From the NCBI GenBank assembly GCA_032718475.1, contig JAUCBJ010006218.1, positions 124,001-188,000 on the forward strand: 64,000 nucleotides of DNA, given 5' to 3'. A model generated the notes under the pieces. The model ran no database searches. It was not told the origin of the DNA and worked only from the letters and a program-made list of their open reading frames with translations. The stretch is from Nemertoderma westbladi (lineage: Eukaryota; Animalia; Xenacoelomorpha). Shown in pieces: positions 44,081 to 58,800 of the stretch; positions within the stretch are counted from its first letter, which is position 1; the number at the start of each line of letters is the position of its first letter. The position numbers and the translations under genes were made by a program.

Positions 44081-45624
44081 GTAAGCTAGCAACAGATCTA
44101 ATTACCACGGCAACCGGCATGATTAGCCCTACTAATCGTGTTTGAAATGTAATTGTATTTGATTGTTTAAACATTAAATGTATTTCGCACTTTTTCTGGT
44201 TTATCCATTTTTTCGTTAGTGGCCAGTTCGTTTTGTGTCGATGTTATAATAATTACCCTCACTGTTCCAACCCTGACACCTTTCCTTTTGCGTATATTTT
44301 TATAACGAACATCACGTCCTATGGGGGAGGGTACAGCATACCTAAATGGGAAGTCGATTATTTACACAAAATTAATAACAAATTTAATTATAACAATTTA
44401 TGAAAAATTAATTAATAACAAAATATTCAGCACGGGTGGGACGAGGTTTTTATTTGTGATAAAACAAACGTCTTTATTGAGCATGTGCTGAGCATAATAT
44501 AAGATAATTCGGAATTCTGATCGAAGCTGCTTAAATTTCGTGAATACCTTCCTGCTCACATTGTTATTGAATCACGAATGTTTGATTGTTAATGTATCTT
44601 AAATTACTAAACCTAATTATTTTTATGCCAATAATCAATATTTTTTTCAAGCTTTTTTTTCACTTTTCTAACTTTTATTCAATGGAGATATTATTATGAA
44701 TTCTCTATATTTAAAGTATTTGACCAATTTTATTTGTTGTTTTTAAGTGAGATGGTTTATTGGCCAACTTAATTTTACATTAATTAATCTCAAAAGACAT
44801 AATTATACGCACATTTAATTTCTAGAAAGTTCATCTGCACTACGTTAAGGTATAATCATGAAATTTAAAAGATTTGACCCAGTATTTTATATGTAGGCTT
44901 TATTCGATTTTTGGAACTTTATTCAATATTTTAGGTTTTATTATTCCAAAATTCTGAGATTAATTTTGAACCAATAAATATCTAGAAATTTTCTAACTAG
45001 AAAAACTTCAAAAAAAAGCTTGAAAAATAGCAGCGCGGAAACGGGCCTAAAAATAAATATTGTATATCTTAACAGGTAAATAATCCTAAAACAATATAGT
45101 CCTATTTATTATTTAAAATATAAATTATTCCAAGGATAAAACAGCTGATTATTCCTAAATGTGTTTATTTGTGGTTTCCAAGGTAACTAACTATTTTAGT
45201 GTGTTCGGACTGAGTATTTACTGGTATAGCTTAGTCTAGTAGTTTAGTTCAGTTGTGATGTTACTGTAACTGGAATTACAAGAATCATTTTATATACTAA
45301 GTTTATTATTAAATAGTTTGTCATATTAAATAATAATGTACTATTTATTACTATTTAGGTAAACGAAATATATTTTTTCCCTCTTACTCTTAGATATATA
45401 GTTCGACAACCAGCGGTTAACTTGGGTGTTTTAAGGGAAAATGTAATTACTTTCTTGTAAGACCAAATTGCCATTTCATCCAGTTATAGCCTTTTCACCG
45501 GATAGACGTTGGATATTTGGTGTGTCTAACGAATAACAAAATACTGGCTCATAGCAGGTGTACAGCAGTATGAGTACACAGCACGAGAATTACAGCGATT
45601 TTTCAATATGTGTAACAATGTATG

Positions 45625-45710
45625 TTGGTTGAACGCCGGGCCTGCAATCTATTGGTTGTAGGTTCGACCCCCGCCAGGGTCCACTCGGCCTTCACTCCTT
45701 GTGGTCGTCT
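45625..45710 (+). mobile_element. tRNA-derived SINE remnant
   Basis: B-box-like GGTTCGACCCC followed by GGGTCCACTCGGCCTTCAC, similar to conserved SINE body domains. Confidence 0.4.
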
Positions 45711-45779
45711 CCCGGCTTCGACCTAAACTACTTTTGTTGGTTCTTATTTATTATCTGGTGTCTCAAACCATTTATATAG

Positions 45780-45904
45780 CGTAACAGACTACCTCCACTC
45801 CACAACTACAACCTCAGCCAATATTACTTCAGCAATTAACGTAGTTAATCGAAGTTTCGACAACCAGGCCACCCCTTGGTACGCACTTATTATATGTTTA
45901 TGGG
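45780..45904 (+). CDS. Anoctamin exon, alternative B (paralogous to A)
   Basis: atag|(S)VTDYLHSTTTTSANITSAINVVNRSFDNQATPWYALIICLW(G)|gtaagt. 125 nt, phase 2-1. Confidence 0.85.
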
Positions 45905-47349
45905 GTAAGTTTCAAACGTGGAATTTATATTCACGAAATGACTTAAAGTTTTTATTGATTTTGAAATATCTTTCAATAAATATAATATATTTAATTTGAT
46001 GAACTAATTAATTTACTGCTGTCACAGCCTTACAAGTTGACAATTAATATTTCTGGAGACAAATTTTTGATTAACTTTATTGTTGAACTCTATATAAAGT
46101 GTAATAGTATAAAGTATAGAGTGTAATTTATTTAACTTAGAGGGTAATTTTGCAAATTCAATTATGGGGAATTCTATTCTATTCTAGAGTAGTATTTTAT
46201 TTCAGTAATCATACATACAACTGTACTATTTTATTTATTTATTTTTTTTTACATTTTATTAATTATTTCATTTTACATTTCCCACCGTAGTTAATCTTCT
46301 GCTGGATTGTTTTCTTTTTTACTTTTTACTTAATATTCACCAGGTCACACTACATTATTACACTACATTATAATAACATAACATTTATTTACAGTATTTC
46401 CATAGGTATAAATTTTTTAGCGATTTTAATGACTTTAATCCCAAGCCATAACAGTATTTTTATTTTCCAGTAATAATACTTTAATAGTAATTTTAATTAT
46501 TGATCTTTGAACAATTAAAATTAAATTACGTAAATAGGTTATAATAATATGACAACTTTTAAGAGTATTTTAAAATTTTTACTGTTTATCACTTTTTAAT
46601 TCGTCAGCAACTAACGTGCATCCTTACAACCGAATAAAACTTTACTTTATTTCACTTAAATTCCATTGAGTTTGTATACTTGTATAGCTAGCTGGCTCTT
46701 TGTGGATTCCTAGTTATAGTCAATATAAAATATATTAATGCGGGCAGCAGTAGAGCCGACGTAATTATGGGGAATGGGTTCCGTTTCAGGTAGTGCAGGT
46801 GGTTTAAGGCGTCGTTCTTATAACGTAACCTTCATTGTGAATTATTGATCGAATTCTGTTTCCCGTTATATTGGCTGCAGAGTGCAGAACAGAACAAATG
46901 ATAATATTCGCATAATATTTTGTTTTTGTGTTAGCATGTCCTTGTTATTGGATGCAAGATATTGTTTGTTATTAGCATATTGTTTTTTACCATATATTGT
47001 TTGTTATTAGCATATTGTTTTTTAGCATATATTGTTTGTTTTTTAGCATATGTTATTTGTTTTTTTAGCATATGTTATTTGTTTTTTAGCATATGTTGTT
47101 TGTTTTTTAGCATATATTGTATTTGTTTTTTTAGCATAATTGTGTTTATGTTTTTTGCATAATATATTGTTTGTTTATCATGTTCGTTCTTTCTAGCAGT
47201 TCTTTCATTGTACTCGATTAGATAAAGACGGCCAAGTACAGCTTGGCACAGTTGCAGCAGATGTTGATATTGCCAGATGGGAGGCCATGAGGACGTAAAT
47301 TGCTGACATACAAAGTATCAGGTAGTATTTACAGGTCTACCTTTTACCT

Positions 47350-47415
47350 GAGCGGCTAGCTGAATGGTTAGAGCGTCAGACTTCCAACTCGGAGGACACC
47401 AGTTCGATCCCACCT
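47350..47415 (+). mobile_element. tRNA-like SINE head or tRNA pseudogene
   Basis: A box TAGCTGAATGG and B box AGTTCGATCCC at tRNA spacing. Stems are degenerate. Confidence 0.55.
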
Positions 47416-48005
47416 GGACTTTTGGACTGGACGAAAATAACAGTTGATTGCTCTCAAAAGTTAAACCTTAACCTGTTCTATTGCGTTTAGTTTATTGTTT
47501 TGGTTAAAATAACGTGCTACTGTAACATGCTCCTTTCCCTAAATTGAGAATTTAACATTGAGGCGGCACATTAATTCGCCAAGGCGGGATGGGAGACGAC
47601 ATATTGTGCAATATATCAAGAACTAATTAATTATTAATTGTTGTGCTCTCGACTTGAACGTTTCCACTACTGAAGGAAGGCCTCTGCTATTTTATACCGA
47701 TATTTGATGGACTTCCCACTTCCTTGAAATCCCTTCAATAATAACCATGGAAAATAAATGTTGAGCCCCAATAATAATGGGTTAATTATACATGAAGGGG
47801 TCAAAGGGAAAAAAGTGTTTTTCATACGTAATTTTATTTCACAATATTTCCCTTTCACCTCCCGTTGCTTAGTAACCAACATATCTGCGTTTGCCACCGA
47901 TTCTTTAATATTTAGCTCCCAAGCTTAGTACCACTAGACTTTATGAGGTCGTTATGTTGTGAATGCCTAAATACCAGTAATTCAACGAATTATTAGTTAC
48001 TGAGT

Positions 48006-48688
48006 GGTGATATTGATCACAGGTATACAGCCAGTATTAGTACACGGTGATACTGATCACAGGTATACAGCCAGTATTAGTACACGGTGATACTGATCAC
48101 AGGTATACAGCCAGTATTAGTACACGGTGATACTGATCACAGGTATACAGCCAGTATTAGTACACGGTGATACTGATCACAGGTATACAGCCAGTATTAG
48201 TACACGGTGATACTGATCACAGGTATACAGCCAGTATTAGTACACGGTGATACTGATCACAGGTATACAGCCAGTATTAGTACACGGTGATACTGATCAC
48301 AGGTATACAGCCAGTATTAGTACACGGTGATACTGATCACAGGTATACAGCCAGTATTAGTACACGGTGATACTGATCACAGGTATACAGCCAGTATTAG
48401 TACACGGTGATACTGATCACAGGTATACAGCCAGTATTAGTACACGGTGATACTGATCACAGGTATACAGCCAGTATTAGTACACGGTGATACTGATCAC
48501 AGGTATACAGCCAGTATTAGTACACGGTGATACTGATCACAGGTATACAGCCAGTATTAGTACACGGTGATACTGATCACAGGTATACAGCCAGTATTAG
48601 TACACGGTGATACTGATCACAGGTATACAGCCAGTATTAGTACACGGTGATACTGATCACAGGTATACAGCCAGTATTAGTACACGGT
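48006..48688. repeat. 40-bp tandem repeat (17 near-identical copies)
   Basis: Unit GGTGATACTGATCACAGGTATACAGCCAGTATTAGTACAC. Confidence 0.97.
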
Positions 48689-48761
48689 TCAGTAACTTCG
48701 GCGATCTTAAGGGAAATAAGTTAAATTTGTTTCACCCAAAAAACCGTTTATTTCCCATTAG

Positions 48762-48973
48762 GTACTATATTTCTCGAGCTGTGGAAACGTAAATGCAGCA
48801 CGGTTGCGTACGAATGGGACGTTATTGAATACGAGGACGCTGAGCCAGACAGACCTGAGTTCGTAGGGACCGACACCAAAAAGGACCCCGTCACCGGCGT
48901 CGATATATTCGTGTACCCGTTCTATAAGCAGCTGCCTAAATTGGCCGGTTCGTTTTCCGTTTTACTATTTATG
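48762..48973 (+). CDS. Anoctamin exon (end of TM2, intracellular loop)
   Basis: ttag|(G)TIFLELWKRK...AYEWDV...EPDRPEFVG...DPVTG...YP...VLLFM|gtgagt. Phase 1-0. Confidence 0.95.
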
Positions 48974-49761
48974 GTGAGTTAGAGAATGTAGTGAGACCAA
49001 AAAAATACAGAAACATTATTTCCAGAATGGCCTTGATATCGATAAATATAATATATTTTATTTTTATTTTCAAGACGGCGAGAAATATGCCGTGATATAA
49101 AGTAAACTCAATGATGGCTAAGGGGTGGAATATGTCGCGGCGTGAAATATAGTAACAGTATACTTTCAGTATGATTGTACAGTATTCTACGGTCATGCTG
49201 AGATAGGCCTAACGCCTGCCTACACCCTGTAGGCCTGTCTGTATACGCACGCACATAATAATGTGAATTTATAATTTACCAATTTGAGAGTAGGCTGCAG
49301 AGATCGCAGGCTACATGGTTACTAGTACCGTACCGGTACCGGTATACAGTACGATTTCTATTAATAAAACTTTGAAATTTGAAATAAAGCGACGTATTTG
49401 ATTTACATAAAGTACCTGTATTTCATTTTCAGGCTCTCGTTCACGCTTATTTCACTCTCTCGCTACGCTCGTTCGTTGAAATATTCCCACACGACCCACC
49501 CCGCGTGAAATACAGTGCTACTTTATATAAATCGAATATATAGTAAATTTATTTAATTAAACACATATGTATTAATATAACGTTGTTTTGGAAATATCCC
49601 TTAATTAAAACCAAATGTAAGCCATTTTATAATGATAAAAGGTTTTTATTTATTTGTATTTTAACTCACATTTTTTACCTAGGCTGTAAATTGTAAAGTA
49701 GAATTATCGTATTGTTACCCCCCCGGATTGCTCGTCTAACTATATGAATTATATTTCTCAG

Positions 49762-49960
49762 TGTTTTCTAGTTGTGATTGCTATTATCGGGGTTATTGTC
49801 TACCGCATTACTCTCTCCAAGACTAATCTGATAATAAGCGATCAAGGAGGGATGACTGAACTTATATTAGTTACGTTGATGAGTTCGGTTATAAACGCCT
49901 GTGCTATTGTACTACTTGGGTTTATATACGATATAATGGCCAGAAAACTTACGGATTGGG
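49762..49960 (+). CDS. Anoctamin exon (TM3-TM4)
   Basis: tcag|CFLVVIAIIGVIVYR...SSVINA..I..LG.IY..MARKLTDW|gtgagt. Phase 0-1. Confidence 0.95.
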
Positions 49961-49998
49961 GTGAGTTATATTATAGTGGGCTGATCAGTGAGAATAAA

Positions 49999-50175
49999 GA
50001 TCAGAACAATGTAAAGTACTTTAAAATATGAGGATCAGAACAATGTAAAGTACTTTACAATATGGGGATCAGAACAATGTAAAGTACTTTACAATATGGG
50101 GATCAGAACAATGTAAAGTACTTTACAATACGAGGATCAGAACAATGTAAAGTACTTTACAATACGAGGATCAGA
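49999..50175. repeat. 34-bp tandem repeat (~5 copies)
   Basis: Unit GATCAGAACAATGTAAAGTACTTTACAATAYGRG with internal palindrome TGTAAAGTACTTTACA. Confidence 0.9.
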
Positions 50176-50856
50176 GGATATTATGTATGTTGTGTGTATT
50201 TTGTTTTATTTTCAAATTTCATCATCAGTAAAGGATTACGTATTTAGCAACTACCTTTTTGACTTTTTTTAACTGCAATTTTGATGTCAAATATAAATTG
50301 TATTATTTTGGGTGTAATTTCTAAATTGATATACTAGGTAGGTATTATTGGATCAAAGCATCAAATTTAAAAAAGCTTAGTTCTAATATTCCAATTTGTA
50401 TTGACGAAGTCAGGAGTTGTTGCAAGTGTTAGAGTTTACTGCACCGGATAACAATGATTTGTTTGCGAGATTACCGTGACAAACGAAAAGCAATTAAGTC
50501 AGCATTGCCTTCCTTTATGTAGAATTTTTATTTAATTTTAATTTCTCCTTGTTAAGTTTTTTATAGCGCTTATTCTATCTTATAACCTGTACAGATACTA
50601 ATTATCGTTTATTGTTTTGGTTAGATTCAGCCCTTCTGTAACCTATTTTTTTTTTAGTAAAACCTTGTATTCTTCACATGGGGGCAAACTGAAAAGTGAA
50701 TTATAACAGCATAAATTCTGGTATAAGTCACATGGGCCGGCAGCTCGGGCTCGGGACTCTAAATACTTTATAGTGATCCATGTATCCTCATATTCGTATA
50801 ACATTCGTAAAATTAATATTTGCAATAAAAATCATATTTTATTGGATATTGAGTAA

Positions 50857-50976
50857 CTTTATGAGACTGGTGTTAACTCTTTATGAGACTGGTGTTAACT
50901 CTTTATGAGACTGGTGTTAACTCTTTATGAGACTGGTGTTAACTCTTTATGAGACTGGTGTTAACTCTTTATGAGA
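50857..50976. repeat. 22-bp tandem repeat (~5 copies)
   Basis: Unit CTTTATGAGACTGGTGTTAACT. Confidence 0.9.
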
Positions 50977-51187
50977 TGTAGAGTCCTTTCGTGATCTTGG
51001 TGTAACAATTGATAAAAACTTTAAATTTTCACAACATATAAATAATATTACATCTTCTGCGTATAGCTCATTGAATAAATTGTTTAGATGTTTTGTAACG
51101 TCTGATAATGAGACACTGCTCACGGCATACAAATCATATACTAGACCAATTCTAGAATATAACAGCACTGTATGCAATCCATTGTAA
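50977..51187 (+). mobile_element. CR1-group LINE ORF2 fragment
   Basis: Translates VESFRDLGVTIDKNFKFSQHI...LLTAYKSYTRPILEYNSTVCNP, post-RT CR1 motifs. Confidence 0.8.
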
Positions 51188-51420
51188 AATACATATTTTA
51201 TTTTTACTAATTGCTGAGTCGCTTCGACTTAAACAGTGTTTGTTTTTAACCAGTTTCATATTTTAAATAAATAACTAATGTGCGTGCATGTAGATGTCTC
51301 TGTATTAAATAAAACTATTATTATTATACAAAACGCCCACTGATAATATTATATCTCATCTATTATTAGAGACATCTACGGTAGTTATTATTTTATTTTA
51401 CTTTATTTTACATAATTATT

Positions 51421-54400
51421 TATCGTACAGTAGGCCCCATATCGTACAGTAGGCTCCATATCGTACAGTAGGCTCCATATCGTACAGTAGGCCCCATATC
51501 GTACAGTAGGCTCCATATCGTACAGTAGGCCCCATATCGTACAGTAGGCTCCATATCGTACAGTAGGCCCCATATCGTACAGTAGGCCCCATATCGTACA
51601 GTAGGCTCCATATCGTACAGTAGGCCCCATATCGTACAGTAGGCTCCATATCGTACAGTAGGCTCCATATCGTACAGTAGGCCCCATATCGTACAGTAGG
51701 CTCCATATCGTACAGTAGGCCCCATATCGTACAGTAGGCTCCATATCGTACAGTAGGCTCCATATCGTACAGTAGGCCCCATATCGTACAGTAGGCTCCA
51801 TATCGTACAGTAGGCCCCATATCGTACAGTAGGCTCCATATCGTACAGTAGGCTCCATATCGTACAGTAGGCTCCATATCGTACAGTAGACTCCATATCG
51901 TACAGTAGGCCCCATATCGTACAGTAGGCTCCATATCGTACAGTAGGCCCCATATCATACAGTAGGCTCCATATCGTACAGTAGGTTCCATATCGTACAG
52001 TAGGTTCCATATCGTACAGTAGGCTCCATATCGTACAGTAGGCTCCATATCGTACAGTAGGCTCCATATCGTACAGTAGGCTCCATATCGTACAGTAGGC
52101 TCCTTATCGTACAGTAGGCTCCATATCGTACAGTAGGCCCCATATCGTACAGTAGGCTCCATATCGTACAGTAGGCCCCATATCGTACAGTAGGCTCCAT
52201 ATCGTACAGTAGGCTCCATATCGTACAGTAGACTCCATATCGTACAGTAGGCTCCATATCGTACAGTAGGCTCCATATCGTACAGTAGGTTCCATATCGT
52301 ACAGTAGGCCCCATATCGTACAGTAGGCCCCATATCGTACAGTAGGCCCCATATCGTACAGTAGGCCCCATATCGTACAGTAGGCCCCATATCGTACAGT
52401 AGGCCCCATATCGTACAGTAGGCCCCATATCGTACAGTAGGCTCCATATCGTACAGTAGGCTCCATATCGTACAGTAGGTTCCATATCGTACAGTAGGTT
52501 CCATATCGTACAGTAGGCTCCATATCGTACAGTAGGTTCCATATCGTACAGTAGTCCCCATATCGTACAGTAGGCCCCATATCGTACAGTAGGTTCCATA
52601 TCGTACAGTAGGCCCCATATCGTACAGTAGGCTCCATATCGTACAGTAGGCTCCATATCGTACAGTAGGCTCCATATCGTACAGTAGGCCCCATATCGTA
52701 CAGTAGGCTCCATATCGTACAGTAGGTTCCATATCGTACAGTAGGCCCCATATCGTACAGTAGGCTCCATATCGTACAGTAGGCCCCATATCGTACAGTA
52801 GGTTCCATATCGTACAGTAGGCCCCATGTCGTACAGTAGGCTCCATATCGTACAGTAGGCTCCATATCGTACAGTAGGCTCCATATCGTACAGTAGGCTC
52901 CATATCGTACAGTAGGCTCCATATCGTACAGTAGGCCCCATATCGTACAGTAGGCCCCATATCGTACAGTAGGCTCCATATCGTACAGTAGACTCCATAT
53001 CGTACAGTAGGCTCCATATCGTACAGTAGGCTCCATATCGTACAGTAGGTTCCATATCGTACAGTAGGCCCCATATCGTACAGTAGGCTCCATATCGTAC
53101 AGTAGGTTCCATATCGTACAGTAGGCTCCATATCGTACAGTAGGTTCCATATCGTACAGTAGGCTCCATATCGTACAGTAGGTTCCATATCGTACAGTAG
53201 TCCCCATATCGTACAGTAGGCCCCATATCGTACAGTAGGTTCCATATCGTACAGTAGGCCCCATATCGTACAGTAGGCTCCATATCGTACAGTAGGCTCC
53301 ATATCGTACAGTAGGCTCCATATCGTACAGTAGGCTCCATATCGTACAGTAGGCTCCATATCGTACAGTAGGCCCCATATCGTACAGTAGGCCCCATATC
53401 GTACAGTAGGCTCCATATCGTACAGTAGGCCCCATATCGTACAGTAGGCTCCATATCGTACAGTAGGTTCCATATCGTACAGTAGGCCCCATATCGTACA
53501 GTAGGCTCCATATCGTACAGTAGGCCCCATATCGTACAGTAGGTTCCATATCGTACAGTAGGCCCCATATCGTACAGTAGGCTCCATATCGTACAGTAGG
53601 CTCCATATCGTACAGTAGGCTCCATATCGTACAGTAGGCTCCATATCGTACAGTAGGCTCCATATCGTACAGTAGGCTCCATATCGTACAGTAGGCCCCA
53701 TATCGTACAGTAGGCTCCATATCGTACAGTAGGCTCCATATCGTACAGTAGGCTCCATATCGTACAGTAGGCCCCATATCGTACAGTAGGCTCCATATCG
53801 TACAGTAGGTTCCATATCGTACAGTAGGCCCCATATCGTACAGTAGGCTCCATATCGTACAGTAGGCCCCATATCGTACAGTAGGTTCCATATCGTACAG
53901 TAGGCCCCATGTCGTACAGTAGGCTCCATATCGTACAGTAGGCTCCATATCGTACAGTAGGCTCCATATCGTACAGTAGGCTCCATATCGTACAGTAGGC
54001 TCCATATCGTACAGTAGGCCCCATATCGTACAGTAGGCCCCATATCGTACAGTAGGCTCCATATCGTACAGTAGACTCCATATCGTACAGTAGGCTCCAT
54101 ATCGTACAGTAGGCTCCATATCGTACAGTAGGTTCCATATCGTACAGTAGGCCCCATATCGTACAGTAGGCCCCATATCGTACAGTAGGCCCCATATCGT
54201 ACAGTAGGCCCCATATCGTACAGTAGGCCCCATATCGTACAGTAGGCCCCATATCGTACAGTAGGCCCCATATCGTACAGTAGGCCCCATATCGTACAGT
54301 AGGCTCCATATCGTACAGTAGGCCCCATATCGTACAGTAGGCTCCATATCGTACAGTAGGCTCCATATCGTACAGTAGGCTCCATATCGTACAGTAGGCT

Positions 54401-55452
54401 CCATATCGTACAGTAGGCTCCTTATCGTACAGTAGGCTCCATATCGTACAGTAGGCCCCATATCGTACAGTAGGCTCCATATCGTACAGTAGGCCCCATA
54501 TCGTACAGTAGGCTCCATATCGTACAGTAGGCTCCATATCGTACAGTAGACTCCATATCGTACAGTAGGCTCCATATCGTACAGTAGGCTCCATATCGTA
54601 CAGTAGGTTCCATATCGTACAGTAGGCCCCATATCGTACAGTAGGCCCCATATCGTACAGTAGGCCCCATATCGTACAGTAGGCCCCATATCGTACAGTA
54701 GGCCCCATATCGTACAGTAGGCCCCATATCGTACAGTAGGCCCCATATCGTACAGTAGGCCCCATATCGTACGGTAGGCTCCATATCGTACAGTAGGTTC
54801 CATATCGTACAGTAGGCCCCATATCGTACAGTAGGCTCCATATCGTACAGTAGGCCCCATATCGTACAGTAGGTTCCATATCGTACAGTAGGCCCCATAT
54901 CGTACAGTAGGCTCCATATCGTACAGTAGGCTCCATATCGTACAGTAGGCTCCATATCGTACAGTAGGCTCCATATCGTACAGTAGGCTCCATATCGTAC
55001 AGTAGGCCCCATATCGTACAGTAGGCCCCATATCGTACAGTAGGCTCCATATCGTACAGTAGGCCCCATATCGTACAGTAGGCTCCATATCGTACAGTAG
55101 GTTCCATATCGTACAGTAGGCCCCATATCGTACAGTAGGCTCCATATCGTACAGTAGGCTCCATATCGTACAGTAGGCTCCATATCGTACAGTAGGCTCC
55201 ATATCGTACAGTAGGCTCCATATCGTACAGTAGGCTCCATATCGTACAGTAGGCCCCATATCGTACAGTAGGCCCCATATCGTACAGTAGGCTCCATATC
55301 GTACAGTAGGCCCCATATCGTACAGTAGGCTCCATATCGTACAGTAGGTTCCATATCGTACAGTAGGCTCCATATCGTACAGTAGGTTCCATATCGTACA
55401 GTAGTCCGCATATCGTACAGTAGGCCCCATATCGTACAGTAGGCCCCATATC
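51421..55452. repeat. 19-bp tandem repeat (~212 copies)
   Basis: Unit ATATCGTACAGTAGGYYCC. Confidence 0.97.
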
Positions 55453-55476
55453 ATAACATATATTTTATATTTATAG

Positions 55477-55592
55477 AAAATCACCAAACCCAAACTCAAT
55501 ACGACGACGCCCTTCTCATTAAACTATTCGCTTTCACTTTCGTCAACGTTTACAGCTCTCTGTTCTATATCGCATTCTTCAGAAACGAAGAT
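55477..55592 (+). CDS. Anoctamin exon (TM5)
   Basis: atag|(E)NHQTQTQYDDALLIKLFAFTFVNVYSSLFYIAFFRNED|gttagt. ENH.T...Y...L..K.F.F.FVN.Y.S.FYIAF is an anoctamin signature. Confidence 0.95.
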
Positions 55593-55873
55593 GTTAGTTG
55601 TCTTAATTTAATTTGCTTTTTATTTTCCCTCCCATTTGGTTATCAAACATATTTATGATATAATTAATTTATTTTTATATTTTGTTTGGTAACCCTAAAT
55701 TATATTTGTTTAACAATAAAAAAAACAATAATAATTTTATATTAACACGTTTTAAACAAACCTGGAGATATTTTAATTTTTTTAATAATTTTATAATAAA
55801 ACCTCCGCCATTCTGAATATCACACGCTGCTCTGTCTATTCTTATGGCAACCATTTGAAACTTTTGTCGTCCA

Positions 55874-58800
55874 CTAACATCGTGCTACTTTACTTACCTC
55901 GGTACCCAATAACATCGTGCTACTTTACTTACCTCAGTAACATCGTGCTACTTTACTTACCTCGGTACCATCGTGCTACTTTACTTACCTCGGTACCATC
56001 GTGCTACTTTACTTACCTCGGTACCATCGTGCTACTTTACTTACCTCGGTAACATCGTGCTACTTTACTTACCTCGGTAACATCGTGCTACTTTACTTAC
56101 CTCGGTAACATCGTGCTACTTTACTTACCTCGGTAACATCGTGCTACTTTACTTACCTCGGTACCATCGTGCTACTTTACTTACCTCGGTAACATCGTGC
56201 TACTTTACTTACCTCGGTAACATCGTGCTACTTTACTTACCTCGGTAACATCGTGCTACTTTACTTACCTCAGTAACATCGTGCTACTTTACTTACCTCG
56301 GTACCATTGTGCTACTTTACTTACCTCGGTACCATCGTGCTACTTTACTTACCTCGGTACCATCGTGCTACTTTACTTACCTCGGTAACATCGTGCTACT
56401 TTACTTACCTCGGTAACATCGTGCTACTTTACTTACCTCGGTAACATCGTGCTACTTTACTTACCTCGGTACCATCGTGCTACTTTACTTACCTCGGTAA
56501 CATCGTGCTACTTTACTTACCTCGGTACCATCGTGCTACTTTACTTACCTCGGTAACATCGTGCTACTTTACTTACCTCGGTAACATCGTACTACTTTAC
56601 TTACCTCGGTACCCAATAACATCGTGCTACTTTACTTACCTTGGTACCATTGTGCTACTTTACTTACCTCGGTACCATCGTGCTACTTTACTTACCTCGG
56701 TACCATCGTGCTACTTTACTTACCTCGGTACCATCGTGCTACTTTACTTACCTCGGTACCATCGTGCTACTTTACTTACCTCGGTACCCAATAACATCGT
56801 GCTACTTTACTTACCTCAGTAACATCGTGCTACTTTACTTACCTCAGTAACATCGTGCTACTTTACTTACCTCGGTACCATCGTGCTACTTTACTTACCT
56901 CGGTACCATCGTGCTACTTTACTTACCTCGGTAACATCGTGCTACTTTACTTACCTCGGTACCATCGTGCTACTTTACTTACCTCGGTACCATCGTGCTA
57001 CTTTACTTACCTCGGTACCATTGTGCTACTTTACTTACCTCGGTACCATCGTGCTACTTTACTTACCTCGGTAACATCGTGCTACTTTACTTACCTCGGT
57101 ACCCAATAACATCGTGCTACTTTACTTACCTCAGTAACATCGTGCTACTTTACTTACCTCGGTAACATCGTGCTACTTTACTTACCTCGGTAACATCGTG
57201 CTACTTTACTTACCTTGGTACCATTGTGCTACTTTACTTACCTCGGTACCATTGTGCTACTTTACTTACCTCGGTACCATCGTGCTACTTTACTTACCTC
57301 GGTACCATCGTGCTACTTTACTTACCTCGGTACCATCGTGCTACTTTACTTACCTCGGTACCATCGTGCTACTTTACTTACCTCGGTACCATCGTGCTAC
57401 TTTACTTACCTCGGTACCATCGTGCTACTTTACTTACCTCGGTAACATCGTGCTACTTTACTTACCTCGGTACCCAATAACATCGTGCTACTTTACTTAC
57501 CTCGGTAACATCGTGCTACTTTACTTACCTCGGTAACATCGTGCTACTTTACTTACCTCGGTACCATCGTGCTACTTTACTTACCTCGGTAACATCGTGC
57601 TACTTTACTTACCTCGGTACCATCGTGCTACTTTACTTACCTCGGTACCATCGTGCTACTTTACTTACCTCGGTAACATCGTGCTACTTTACTTACCTCG
57701 GTACCCAATAACATCGTGCTACTTTACTTACCTCAGTAACATCGTGCTACTTTACTTACCTCGGTAACATCGTGCTACTTTACTTACCTCGGTAACATCG
57801 TGCTACTTTACTTACCTCGGTACCATCGTGCTACTTTACTTACCTCGGTACCATCGTGCTACTTTACTTACCTCGGTAACATCGTGCTACTTTACTTACC
57901 TCGGTACCCAATACATCGTGCTACTTTACTTACCTCGGTACCATCGTGCTACTTTACTTACCTCGGTACCATCGTGCTACTTTACTTACCTCGGTAACAT
58001 CGTGCTACTTTACTTACCTCGGTACCCAATACATCGTGCTACTTTACTTACCTCGGTAACATCGTGCTACTTTACTTACCTCGGTAACATCGTGCTACTT
58101 TACTTACCTCGGTAACATCGTGCTACTTTACTTACCTCGGTAACATCGTGCTACTTTACTTACCTCGGTAACATCGTGCTACTTTACTTACCTCGGTACC
58201 ATCGTGCTACTTTACTTACCTCGGTAACATCGTGCTACTTTACTTACCTCGGTAACATCGTGCTACTTTACTTACCTCGGTAACATCGTGCTACTTTACT
58301 TACCTCGGTAACATCGTGCTACTTTACTTACCTCGGTAACATCGTGCTACTTTACTTACCTCGGTAACATCGTGCTACTTTACTTACCTCGGTAACATCG
58401 TGCTACTTTACTTACCTCGGTAACATCGTGCTACTTTACTTACCTCGGTACCATCGTGCTACTTTACTTACCTCGGTACCATCGTGCTACTTTACTTACC
58501 TCGGTACCATCGTGCTACTTTACTTACCTCGGTAACATCGTGCTACTTTACTTACCTCGGTAACATCGTGCTACTTTACTTACCTCGGTAACATCGTGCT
58601 ACTTTACTTACCTCGGTACCATCGTGCTACTTTACTTACCTCGGTAACATCGTGCTACTTTACTTACCTCGGTACCATCGTGCTACTTTACTTACCTCGG
58701 TACACATCGTGCTACTTTACTTACCTCGGTAACATCGTGCTACTTTACTTACCTCGGTACCATCGTGCTACTTTACTTACCTCGGTACCATCGTGCTACT

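Noticed and set aside
45400-45415. TTCGACAACCAG, matching part of alternative exon B, as a third duplicated exon
   Set aside because: Only a 12-nt match with no PWYALIICLW continuation or donor site.
46962-47162. Hydrophobic 66-aa ORF
   Set aside because: Translation of a degenerate T-rich TTAGCATAT repeat in an intron.
47350-47415. Functional tRNA gene
   Set aside because: A and B boxes are present but the acceptor and anticodon stems do not pair well, so it is treated as a SINE head or pseudogene.
33049-48688. CRISPR-like appearance of regular repeats
   Set aside because: Units are contiguous with no unique spacers, there are no cas genes, and the context is eukaryotic.
51403-55499. Very long minus-strand ORFs (up to 1164 aa)
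   Set aside because: They are translations of a 19-bp repeat whose 57-bp trimer lacks stops in all frames. They are intronic and antisense to anoctamin.
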